Assembly (NCBI GenBank): GCA_020054035.1
Contig: JAGVLY010000017.1
Coordinates: forward strand, 1,961 to 65,960
From: Bacteroidia bacterium
Lineage (GTDB): Bacteria; Bacteroidota; Bacteroidia; SXHM01
Length of the DNA stretch: 64,000 bases
Reading direction: 5' to 3'
Made by a program: the position numbers and the translations under genes. The notes below the pieces were generated by a model, which saw only the letters and a list, made by a program, of their open reading frames with translations, had not been told where the DNA came from and did not search any database. This document shows, piece after piece, positions 1 to 8,733 of the stretch. The first letter of the stretch is position 1, and every line of letters starts with the position of its first letter.

Positions 1-1179
1 TTACGTATTTTCCTTTTGCCGCATCAAAGTAACTGAATGAAAATGGCCCGATCTTAAACTCCCCTGCATGGCGCGGAATAAGCAGATAATCAAACGTGCG
101 GCTACCTGAAACTGCCGTTGCACCCACTTTAATGTTATCGGAAGTTTTGGGGTCGTAGGCTTCAATATCCGGAGGAAATTCAAGCGCAGGTGCATTCACC
201 TGTTTCATGTTACCCGTTCCGCTGATGGTGATTTTCAAATTCACAGCATCATTTGCTTCCACCTGCGATTTGGAGATCTCTGCTTTCATGCTGAAATCAC
301 CTGTCAGTCCGCTGAAATCAGAAGGTTGGTCTGTTAGAGGGTAAGGTAAAATATCCAAAGAAGTAGGACTTGTTTTCAATGATTTTTTTACATCCTGATA
401 CGAACCGAAGAACTGGTCAAAAACACTGTTACCGCCTCTTGTCTGCTCACGAATAACCACATCCACCGTAAACGGTTCAATCTGAATCTTACCTGCCTTT
501 TGCGGATAAAGAATACTTTGTTTTAAAACTCCTGCATTATAAACTTCACCATTGTAATTCTCGCGGTTAAGCGTTATTTGCTGCGGTTGCTGAATGTCTT
601 CGCTCCAAAAGCCATCGTAAGATGGAAACTTTACATCTTCAAAACCAACAATACTTTGCTTGGTGTAAATCTTATGCGTTACCACAATTGCTTCGCCACG
701 ATAGGCTTTGGTTTTACTAAAACTGATACGAACAAATGTTTGTCCATCAGACAAGGAAGAACCTTGCTGAGAACCTTGTTGCTTGTTATTTTGTTGTGCA
801 TTTGCAGCACCTTTTACAACGATAATCTTCAACTCATTTGATTCAATTTCAACTCCATTTACTTTAATTTTTGCAGGCGGAATTGTAAATGTTCCCTCTT
901 TAGTTGCTGAAAGCACAAAAGAATAAGTCAGCGATTGCGACATGGCACCATTCACAAACTGCATACTCGTGCTTTGGTTCGGTCCTGATAAAATATCAAA
1001 ACCTGCAAAAGGGGGAGCTTTAAAACTAGCTCCGTTGTTATTCAGAGCAAATGAAACCTGAAAACGCTCGCCAACAGAAACGGTTGATTTGGCAGAGGCT
1101 TCAAAGGTAATTTCTGCAGCAGAAGCCCGCCAGATGCCCGTAAGAACAAGCATCAGCATCATCACATATTTCATTTTCA
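1..1179 (-). CDS. batD: BatD-like aerotolerance operon protein, N-terminal part (gene continues beyond window start)
   Basis: The minus-strand reading frame is open from an ATG near 1179 to the window edge. Its hand translation starts MLKVKMKYVMMLMLVLTG... with a signal peptide and is BatD-like. It sits directly downstream of batC in the conserved Bat operon order. The ORF track misses it because it runs off the window. Confidence 0.7.
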
Positions 1180-1273
1180 CTTTCAACATTTCTGGAAATC
1201 AATTTTTGCCACAGATTTCACAAATTCTCACAGATTTATCTGTGCAAATCTGCGAAATCTGTGGCACTATTTT

Positions 1274-2062
1274 TTACCAATCTTTCTCTATCTTTACTTT
1301 TTGTGCGGTTTTCAGTCTTTCCTTCTTCATTTTATCCTGCACATCCTTTTCTTCTTTACCCATAGCATCTAACATTCGCTCCGCATCTTTTTGAGATAAT
1401 TTATCCTGTTTTTGTTGCTGCTGTTGCTGCTCTTTTTCCTGTTGTTCTTTATTGTCAGCCTGCTCTTGCTTGTCTTGTTTTTGGTCGTCTTTTTTCTCGT
1501 CCTGCTTTTGCTGTTCCTGCTTTTCCTGTTTTTCGTCCTTTTTATCTTGGTTCTGTTGATTTTCCTGCTGCTGCTGTTGTTGCTGCTGCAATTTACTCAT
1601 GGCATAGGCAAGGTTATAGCGCGTTTCATCATCCACCGAATTAGTCTTCAACGCATTTTTATATGCATTTACGCTTTCCTGATATTTCTCTGTTTTCAGT
1701 AAGGAATTTCCAAGATTGTGATAGGCTTTTGATTTCAAATCTTTGTCTGTTGTTTTACCTGCTATTCCCTGAAAAATGTTGGCAGCATCTTCAAACTTTC
1801 CTTGCTTGTAAAGCGCATCACCTAAATTATAATTAGCGATTTCAGACTCGCGGTTTTTCTCTAAACTCTTACGATACAGAATTTCAGCTTCGTTGTATTT
1901 TCCTGCTTTATATTCAGCATTTCCGTTATCAATCAATTTACGTTCTTCACGTTGTGCAAGTACATCCGATGAAAACAAAAAAAGAACTGACACAGCGAAA
2001 CACAGAGCAGACAAGGAGTTACACAGAGTTCTCATGTTCATATTATTTTGTCTTTTTCTCAA
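1274..2062 (-). CDS. batC: BatC-like TPR-repeat protein with signal peptide and long Gln/Glu/Lys-rich low-complexity tail
   Basis: 262-aa ORF with an N-terminal signal peptide and TPR-like repeats (AEILYRKSL, AYHNLGNSLL, AYKNALK). The C-terminal half is poly-Q/E/K/D. It lies between batB and batD. An alternative start at 2041 (MNMRT) would abut the batB stop in a TAATATG arrangement. Confidence 0.8.
   Translation of the reverse strand: MRKRQNNMNMRTLCNSLSALCFAVSVLFLFSSDVLAQREERKLIDNGNAEYKAGKYNEAEILYRKSLEKNRESEIANYNLGDALYKQGKFEDAANIFQGIAGKTTDKDLKSKAYHNLGNSLLKTEKYQESVNAYKNALKTNSVDDETRYNLAYAMSKLQQQQQQQQENQQNQDKKDEKQEKQEQQKQDEKKDDQKQDKQEQADNKEQQEKEQQQQQQKQDKLSQKDAERMLDAMGKEEKDVQDKMKKERLKTAQKVKIEKDW
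1400..1605. repeat. CAA/CAG/GAA-rich trinucleotide low-complexity tract inside batC (poly-Q/E/K coding)
   Basis: Runs such as ctgctgctgttgttgctgctgc, plus repeated ttgttgctg and cttttcctg units. This explains the spurious plus-strand poly-Leu/Phe ORF at 1412..1702. Confidence 0.6.
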
Positions 2063-3083
2063 ATAAATTCACATTACCAAACCAACGACTTTTCCGCTCA
2101 GGCAACAACAACTCAGCCAATAAAAACAACAGTGCTGCTGCAAGAAAATATTGAAAACGGTCTTCGTAATCGGTAAACATTTTTGAATCAAACTCCTTCT
2201 TCTCCATTTTATCTATCTCTGACAAAAGTGTTTTCATTCCTGAACTCAGGTTATTACCGCGAATATAAACTCCTTTACCTGCCGCAGCCACCTGTTGCAG
2301 CATGGTTTCATTCAATTTGGTAACAACGGTATTGCCCTGATTGTCTTTCCTGAAACCTGATTTTTTTCCATTTACATAAACAGGAATTGGTGTTCCTTCA
2401 GGCGAACCAACACCAATGGTATGAACTGTTATTCCGCCCTCAACGGCAGTTGTGGCTTGCTGAATAGCATCGTCTTCATGATTTTCCCCATCGGTGATAA
2501 TGATGATTGAACGGTTCTTGTCCTGTTTTTCCCCGAATGATTTTATCGCAAGGTCAATTGCTGAACCTACTGCCGTTCCCTGTGTTGGGACAATATCTGT
2601 GCTTACTGTTGAAAGAAAAAGTTTTGCTGCGGCATAATCTGTTGTAAGCGGTAACTGAACATAAGCCTGTCCCGCAAAAACGATGATACCAATTTTGTCG
2701 GATTTCAGCTGATCGATTAATTTTGAAATAGCTTGCTTGGCGCGCTCCAGACGATTTGGTTCCAGGTCTTCTGCCATCATTGAATTGGAAATATCCAGCG
2801 CTATAATCAATTCAAAACCTTCGCGTTTTACTTCTTCATATTTAGAACCAATTTGCGGATTGGCAACACCTAAAACCATCGCTGCAATTCCAAGTGAAGT
2901 CAAAACAAATTTCCAACGCGGGCGACTTGATGAAACATTCGGCATCAATTGTTTCACCAGTTCATCATCACCAAAAGCAGCAATGGATTTCTTGCGTTTA
3001 TTTCTTGCCAGAATAAAAAGCAACCACAGCAGCGGGATTAGCGCCAGTAAGTAAAGCAAGTATGTATGCTCGAACCTAAACAT
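2043..3083 (-). CDS. batB: BatB-like von Willebrand factor A (VWA) domain membrane protein
   Basis: 346 aa with an N-terminal transmembrane segment (LLYLLALIPLLWLLFIL) and a VWA domain bearing a MIDAS-like DISNSM motif. It sits in the Bat operon after batA. Confidence 0.85.
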   Translation of the reverse strand: MFRFEHTYLLYLLALIPLLWLLFILARNKRKKSIAAFGDDELVKQLMPNVSSSRPRWKFVLTSLGIAAMVLGVANPQIGSKYEEVKREGFELIIALDISNSMMAEDLEPNRLERAKQAISKLIDQLKSDKIGIIVFAGQAYVQLPLTTDYAAAKLFLSTVSTDIVPTQGTAVGSAIDLAIKSFGEKQDKNRSIIIITDGENHEDDAIQQATTAVEGGITVHTIGVGSPEGTPIPVYVNGKKSGFRKDNQGNTVVTKLNETMLQQVAAAGKGVYIRGNNLSSGMKTLLSEIDKMEKKEFDSKMFTDYEDRFQYFLAAALLFLLAELLLPERKSRWFGNVNLFEKKTK

Positions 3084-3192
3084 GATTTATATTATCAACG
3101 AATAGCGAATTAAATACGAATTTACGAATACGGGAATGCACGTATGGCATTCGCATATTCGTAAAGTATTCGTTATTCGATGATGTCTTCAT

Positions 3193-4191
3193 TTACGGTA
3201 AAACTCTTAATAATGTATTTCTTAATAATACTTCTATACCAAGCAGAAGCAAAGCAGCTAAAGCAAACGGCAAAAACTCTTCTTTCTTTTTCCTGAACTC
3301 TGTAACATCAATTTTAGATTTTTCCAGTTCATCAATTTGCTGATAAACCTGCTCTAATTTACTATTATCGGTTGCACGGAAATACTGCCCGTCTGTCATA
3401 GCAGAAATTTTCTTCATCATGTCTTCGTCTATCTTCACTTCCATATCCTGATAAACCGTTTGTCCGAACATATTTTTTGCAGGATAAGGAGCCATTCCCA
3501 TTGTTCCCACTCCTACTGTGTAAACCCTGATGCCAAAGGTTTTTGCAATTTCAGCAGCGGTCAAAGGCGGAATAGAACCGCCTGTATTTACACCATCCGT
3601 AAGCAAAATAATCACCTTGCTTTTCGCTTCGCTGTCTTTCAATCTTTTCACAGCAGTTGCCAAGCCCATACCGATTGCTGTTCCGTCTTCAATCAAACCG
3701 TTTTTTATTCCTCCGAAAATATTAAGCAGCACCGAATGGTCAGTAGTCAGCGGGCATTGCGTGAATGCTTCACCTGCAAAAACAACCAATCCCATTCTAT
3801 CTGTCGGGCGGCCTGAAATAAAATTCATTGCCACCTTTTTGGATGCTTCCAAACGGTTAGGCTTGAAATCTTCTGCCAGCATACTTCCCGAGATATCCAT
3901 TGTTATTACAATGTCAATCCCCTCGGTTGTTACATTCTGCCAGCTGCTGCTGCTTTGCGGACGAGCAAGCGCTGCAGAAAGAAAAGCAATGCACAACATG
4001 CGCAACACAAAAGGAAGATGAACCATCTTCTGACGGAACGTTTTTGGTGCATTCCTGAAATTTTCAAGCGATGAAAAACGAATGTTGGCTCGCTGACTGT
4101 TATTGCGTTTCCAATACCAGAAACTCAGTAGCGGAATAAGTGCTAAAAGCAGAAACCAATAAGGATGTGCAAACTCAATTCCGTTCATCAT
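3193..4191 (-). CDS. batA: BatA-like VWA domain membrane protein
   Basis: 332 aa. The N-terminal HPYWFLLLALIPLL is typical of BatA. The VWA domain carries DISGSM, and a C-terminal transmembrane segment is present. It overlaps the upstream gene by 4 nt. Confidence 0.85.
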   Translation of the reverse strand: MMNGIEFAHPYWFLLLALIPLLSFWYWKRNNSQRANIRFSSLENFRNAPKTFRQKMVHLPFVLRMLCIAFLSAALARPQSSSSWQNVTTEGIDIVITMDISGSMLAEDFKPNRLEASKKVAMNFISGRPTDRMGLVVFAGEAFTQCPLTTDHSVLLNIFGGIKNGLIEDGTAIGMGLATAVKRLKDSEAKSKVIILLTDGVNTGGSIPPLTAAEIAKTFGIRVYTVGVGTMGMAPYPAKNMFGQTVYQDMEVKIDEDMMKKISAMTDGQYFRATDNSKLEQVYQQIDELEKSKIDVTEFRKKKEEFLPFALAALLLLGIEVLLRNTLLRVLP

Positions 4192-5192
4192 TTTTTCTCT
4201 TCCTTAACTTCAACGGGCTTTGTAGCGTTTACAAAATCAACAGCATTATTCATGCTCAATTCATTTTCATTCGACAACGGCTCTGCTTTTGCAAATTTCA
4301 CCATATCGGCTAACTGCAAGAGCTGTTTAAGTTTTGTGAATGTATTTTCATCCACTTTATCTTTCATGGCAGCAAGCGTTTCATCACTTACCTGTTCAGG
4401 TGAACTTACTCCGAAACGTTCATCAATGTAATTACGCACGATATCCGTCAACTCACTGTGATAAAGTTTAACCTGATTAGTTTCCCATAGTTTTTTCTTA
4501 CGTAATTGGTCGAGTAACCCAAGAGCTTTTTCATGTGCAGACAATGGTTTAGGCTGAAACAACTGAGTGATCTTCAATTTCTTTTTGCGGAAGAATAACC
4601 AGTAAAGCGCAATGGCACTGATAAGGCCAACTACTAAGAAAATTATTCCTGCAATGATTAGAATTTCTTTCAGCGTAATACCCATTGAAAGCGGTTCCTT
4701 AATATCATTCACTTCTTTTTGCGGATCGAGCGCAACACCTTTTACATCCAGCATCACAGGCTCTGTTTCAATATATTTGCTCGTGTCGTTATTCAAGTAA
4801 ACCCTGATGGGCGGAATAACCCAATAACCCGAATCAAAAGAAGTAATGGTATACGATTTCTCGAACTTATAAAAGGTTGTAACTTCTTCGCTTAATGTGT
4901 CAAGTTTGTGCTCTTCCACAATCTCAATATGTGAAGCAATACTGTCTTTAAACTGAGGGAATGCAATGGTTACATCTTTAGTATGCTCAATGCGAAGACG
5001 AAGTTTTGTTTGTCCTCCAAGTTTGATGACATTGGTATCTAATTCTGCAGAGATGCTTGCGCCTTGGGAGAAAGCAGCGAGTGAAAAGAAAAACAAAAAA
5101 ACAATAATGGCAATTTCTCGCAAAGGCACAAAGACGCAAAGTTTTACATAACTTCCACCTTCTAACTTCCACCTTCTAACTTCCATACTCAT
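4188..5192 (-). CDS. hypothetical membrane protein of the Bat/MoxR operon (signal peptide plus central transmembrane helix)
   Basis: 334-aa ORF with a 4-nt overlap on both neighbours. It has a signal-like N-terminus (IVFLFFFSLAAFSQ) and a transmembrane helix (IIAGIIFLVVGLISAIALYWLFF). Its position between the DUF58 gene and batA matches the conserved operon. Confidence 0.7.
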   Translation of the reverse strand: MSMEVRRWKLEGGSYVKLCVFVPLREIAIIVFLFFFSLAAFSQGASISAELDTNVIKLGGQTKLRLRIEHTKDVTIAFPQFKDSIASHIEIVEEHKLDTLSEEVTTFYKFEKSYTITSFDSGYWVIPPIRVYLNNDTSKYIETEPVMLDVKGVALDPQKEVNDIKEPLSMGITLKEILIIAGIIFLVVGLISAIALYWLFFRKKKLKITQLFQPKPLSAHEKALGLLDQLRKKKLWETNQVKLYHSELTDIVRNYIDERFGVSSPEQVSDETLAAMKDKVDENTFTKLKQLLQLADMVKFAKAEPLSNENELSMNNAVDFVNATKPVEVKEEKK

Positions 5193-6064
5193 CTTCTTCC
5201 TTCCCTTTTCTTAAATAAATTCATTAACGGAGTAATGTATGATTCGTGTGTTGCAATTGAAGTAAAATCAACCCCACTACGGTTCAATATTTTTTTCAAA
5301 CTATCTTCAAACTGAAGTGCGGAGGCTTTGTAGGAAACCCGCACTTTATGGTCTGAGGTATCTAACCAGCGTAATTCTCCGCTTTCAGCATCCTGCACTT
5401 TTATCAGACCGATATCAGGTAATTCATTTTCTCTTTTGTCGTAAATTCTGATTCCAACAACATCGTGTTTACGGTTGGCAATTTTTAGTGCGTCTTCATA
5501 ATTCGCATCCATAAAATCGGAAATCAGAAAGGCAATGCTGCGTTTTTTGATTACGTTATTCAAATACTTTAATGCCTGACTGATATTGGTTTTCTTGTGC
5601 TCAGGAGTAAACTCAATTAACTCACGAATAATGCGCAGAATATGCGATTTCCCTTTTTTAGGCGGGATAAACAGTTCTATCTGGTCACTGAAGAATATCA
5701 CACCGATTTTATCATTATTCTGTATTGCTGAAAACGATAACACCGCACACAATTCCGTTATCAGTTCACGCTTCATTTTTTCTTTTGTTCCAAAATCTTT
5801 TGATCCGCTCATATCCACTATCAACATCACAGTCATCTCGCGCTCTTCTTCAAAAACCTTTACATAAGGACTATTGAAACGAGCTGTTACATTCCAGTCA
5901 ATCGTGCGGATATCATCACCAGGCATATATTCACGAACTTCACTGAAAGCCATACCCCGCCCCTTAAAGGCCGTGTGGTATTCCCCCGAAAAAATCTGGT
6001 TGGAAAGACCACGGGTCTTTATCTCAATCTTTCTTACTTTCTTTAATAATTCAGTTGTTTCCAT
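5189..6064 (-). CDS. DUF58 family protein (MoxR-associated, VWA-like)
   Basis: 291 aa. Motifs typical of DUF58 are present: EYMPGDDIRTIDWNVTAR, IVDMSGS. It sits immediately downstream of the MoxR ATPase. Confidence 0.85.
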   Translation of the reverse strand: METTELLKKVRKIEIKTRGLSNQIFSGEYHTAFKGRGMAFSEVREYMPGDDIRTIDWNVTARFNSPYVKVFEEEREMTVMLIVDMSGSKDFGTKEKMKRELITELCAVLSFSAIQNNDKIGVIFFSDQIELFIPPKKGKSHILRIIRELIEFTPEHKKTNISQALKYLNNVIKKRSIAFLISDFMDANYEDALKIANRKHDVVGIRIYDKRENELPDIGLIKVQDAESGELRWLDTSDHKVRVSYKASALQFEDSLKKILNRSGVDFTSIATHESYITPLMNLFKKREGRR

Positions 6065-6117
6065 TTTGGGACGGGAGACGAAGGGCGAGGGACGGAGGAG
6101 TGTTCCTGCCCTCTTTT

Positions 6118-6480
6118 TTACCTTCTCTTTTCTTCTAATGTTTTAATTGATTTTGCAACCATTGAAATAATTGAATCAAGTTTTGCGATTCTTTCATTAA
6201 TAACTTCTTCTTTCAATAAAAATTTCGACTTCCTATACCACCCTTTGCTTTCCCTTGCAGAGCCTCTTGATATTCTTAAAAATTGCGGATACTCCTTTCC
6301 AAAACCTCTACCGTAGCCTTCCTCAATATTCGCAGATATAGAACCAACCGCTCGAATAAGTTGAGAAGCCACTTCCTTTCCTCTAAAATCTTTCCCTAAT
6401 ACTTCACAATCATTCCAACAGTCATCCCATAATTCAAGAGACATTTTGTAAAATATTAGTTCATCAAGTTTATCTTCCAT
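6118..6480 (-). CDS. four-helix-bundle protein (TIGR02436-like, '23S rRNA intervening-sequence protein' family)
   Basis: 120 aa with the hallmark SISANIEEGYGR...FLRISRGSARE motif. It is an inserted gene between moxR and the DUF58 gene. Confidence 0.75.
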   Translation of the reverse strand: MEDKLDELIFYKMSLELWDDCWNDCEVLGKDFRGKEVASQLIRAVGSISANIEEGYGRGFGKEYPQFLRISRGSARESKGWYRKSKFLLKEEVINERIAKLDSIISMVAKSIKTLEEKRR

Positions 6481-6557
6481 CCTAACTTAAAGTATATTTC
6501 TACTCGCGTTACTCATAAACCTCGTCACTCGCCCTTCGCCTCTCGCCCCCTTCTTCA

Positions 6558-7541
6558 TTAAGGTACTTCAACTGCGTTCAGAATTTCTGCAATAACATTT
6601 TCACTTGTGATATTTTCCGCTTCTGCTTCATAGGTCAGTCCAATTCTATGGCGCAATACATCGTTGCAAACGGCACGCACATCTTCAGGAATTACGTAGC
6701 CTCTGCGTTTGATAAATGCATAAGCTTTTGAAGCCAACGCAAGACTGATGCTTGCACGTGGCGAACCTCCGTAGCTGATCAGCGGTGCAATTTTATCCAG
6801 TTTATAATCTTTAGGAGCGCGGGTTGCAAAAACAATATCAATAATGTAACGCTCAATTTTTTCGTCCATGTAAACTTCGCGCACCACTTCTCTTGATTTC
6901 AGGATTTCAGCAGTAGTTAAGATTTTGCTTGTTTTAGGGAATACACCGCCTGCATTCTGACGAATGATCTTACGCTCGTCTTCTTTATTAGGGTAAGTAA
7001 TCACCACTTTCAGCATAAAACGGTCAACCTGCGCTTCGGGAAGTGTATAGGTTCCCTCCTGCTCTATTGGATTTTGCGTTGCAAGAACAAGAAATGGTTC
7101 AGGCAATTTAAATGTCTGGTCGCCAATGGTAACCTGCTTTTCCTGCATGGCTTCCAGCAAGGCACTTTGCACTTTTGCGGGGGCACGGTTAATCTCATCC
7201 GCCAAAATAAAGTTAGAAAAAATAGGCCCTTTACGAACCGTAAATTCTTCCTTCTTCTGATTGTAAATCATGGTTCCGATCAAATCGGCAGGCAACAGGT
7301 CAGGCGTAAACTGTATGCGGCTGAAACCTGCATCAATGCACGAAGCAAGTGAATTAATCGCCAGCGTTTTTGCTAATCCGGGAACACCTTCTAGCAAAAT
7401 ATGTCCGTTGGAAAGCAAACCGATAAGCAAACGTTCAGTCATATATTTCTGACCAACAATTACCTTATCCATTTCCATTTGAATAAGGTCAACAAAAGCA
7501 CTTTCGCGCTGTATTTTTTCGTTCAGTTCTTTAATATCCAT
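6558..7541 (-). CDS. moxR: MoxR-family AAA+ ATPase
   Basis: 327 aa. Walker A is GVPGLAKT and Walker B is ILADEINRAP. The MoxR-typical QNPIEQEGTYTLPEAQVDRF motif is present. Confidence 0.9.
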   Translation of the reverse strand: MDIKELNEKIQRESAFVDLIQMEMDKVIVGQKYMTERLLIGLLSNGHILLEGVPGLAKTLAINSLASCIDAGFSRIQFTPDLLPADLIGTMIYNQKKEEFTVRKGPIFSNFILADEINRAPAKVQSALLEAMQEKQVTIGDQTFKLPEPFLVLATQNPIEQEGTYTLPEAQVDRFMLKVVITYPNKEDERKIIRQNAGGVFPKTSKILTTAEILKSREVVREVYMDEKIERYIIDIVFATRAPKDYKLDKIAPLISYGGSPRASISLALASKAYAFIKRRGYVIPEDVRAVCNDVLRHRIGLTYEAEAENITSENVIAEILNAVEVP

Positions 7542-7679
7542 AGGTGTGTAGCTTTTTAAATTGCGGACGCAAATTTAACATCTCTGAAGTATCAATAAAC
7601 AAATAAGATTGGTTAAAAATTGTTAACGAATTTGTCAATGCCTATTGGTATTTAGTCAGCATGTAAAGTATTTGTAGTA

Positions 7680-8150
7680 TTGCACTATAAATCCATGAAA
7701 ATGAAAGCTAAAAATCTACTACTTCTGTTTCCCATATTGATTTTTTCGTGCAGTCAACCTTCTGAAAAACAATTCAGTTGGATAGAAGGAAAATGGGTGC
7801 AGTCAAATGGTGAAGCTAACTTCCATGAAGAATGGACAAGAGTAAATGATACCTTATTAATAGGAAAAGGCTTTATAATAGACGGCATCGACTCGCTTTT
7901 CTCTGAAAAATTATCGCTTCTTACATCAGGCGACCAAACAATTTATAGAGTAGAGATGACTACAGGACGGATTGCAGATTTCAAACTAACCGAGAATAGC
8001 GCAGATAAATTAGTTTTTGAAATGCCTGAAAATGACTTCCCTTCAAAAATCAGTTACACAAAAAAATCAGAGACAGAGTTGGTAGTTCTATTGGAAGGCA
8101 GTGAGAACGGGAAAGAGATAAAAGATGAATTAGTATTCTCGAAGCAATGA
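7680..8150 (+). CDS. hypothetical lipoprotein
   Basis: The lipoprotein signal MKMKAKNLLLLFPILIFSC places the likely true start at 7695. No recognisable catalytic motif. Confidence 0.6.
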   Translation: MHYKSMKMKAKNLLLLFPILIFSCSQPSEKQFSWIEGKWVQSNGEANFHEEWTRVNDTLLIGKGFIIDGIDSLFSEKLSLLTSGDQTIYRVEMTTGRIADFKLTENSADKLVFEMPENDFPSKISYTKKSETELVVLLEGSENGKEIKDELVFSKQ

Positions 8151-8659
8151 TTTCAAAAGCTACTCTCAACGATGTAACCGCACTAAATGCGCTTATCAAC
8201 TCAGCCTACCGTGGAGAAAGTTCAAAAGCGGGATGGACAACAGAAGCGGATATATTAGGTGGTCAGCGCACGGATGAGGAAGATTTAAAATCCATTATTT
8301 CAAAAAAAGATTGCACTATTCTAAAATATACTAATGATGCCGGTAAAACAATAAGTTGTGTACGTTTAGAAAAACATGACAACAAAATGTATCTGGGCAT
8401 GTTAACGGTTTCACCTGTTTTGCAAGGTGGTGGAATTGGAAAACAAATGATGACTGCTTCCGAGAAGTTTGCACAAGAAGAAAATTGTATTGCCGTTTAT
8501 ATGCAGGTAATTAAAGGCAGAGATGAATTAATTGCTTGGTATGAACGTCAGGGCTACAGCGACACAGGAGAACGAAAACCTTTTCCTATGAGTGACCCGC
8601 GCTTTGGAATTCCCAGAAAAGAACTGGAGTTTATAATAATGGAGAAATTAATTAGCTGA
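8147..8659 (+). CDS. GNAT family N-acetyltransferase
   Basis: 170 aa with an acetyl-CoA-binding-like motif (VLQGGGIGKQMM). Its start overlaps the stop of the preceding gene. Confidence 0.7.
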   Translation: MISKATLNDVTALNALINSAYRGESSKAGWTTEADILGGQRTDEEDLKSIISKKDCTILKYTNDAGKTISCVRLEKHDNKMYLGMLTVSPVLQGGGIGKQMMTASEKFAQEENCIAVYMQVIKGRDELIAWYERQGYSDTGERKPFPMSDPRFGIPRKELEFIIMEKLIS

Positions 8660-8733
8660 TGTGATGATTAGCTGATTTATTGGCATTGATTTCATCAGCT
8701 AATTATCTCATTTGCTAATCAGCTAATTTTTTT
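8648..8733. terminator. nested-hairpin bidirectional terminator between convergent genes
   Basis: The 10-mer attagctgat occurs twice (8651-8660, 8668-8677). Its reverse complement atcagctaat also occurs twice (8694-8703, 8718-8727), followed by T7. The outer copies are the last codons of the two convergent genes. Confidence 0.55.

Noticed and set aside
1412-1702. Plus-strand 96-aa ORF encoding poly-Leu/Phe (MLLLLLLFFLLFF...)
   Set aside because: This is the antisense reading of the CAA/CAG/GAA repeat tract inside batC. It is a low-complexity artefact and lies wholly within a well-supported minus-strand gene.
3530-4021. Plus-strand 163-aa and 118-aa ORFs inside batA
   Set aside because: They are antisense to a strongly supported VWA-domain gene and have no independent features.
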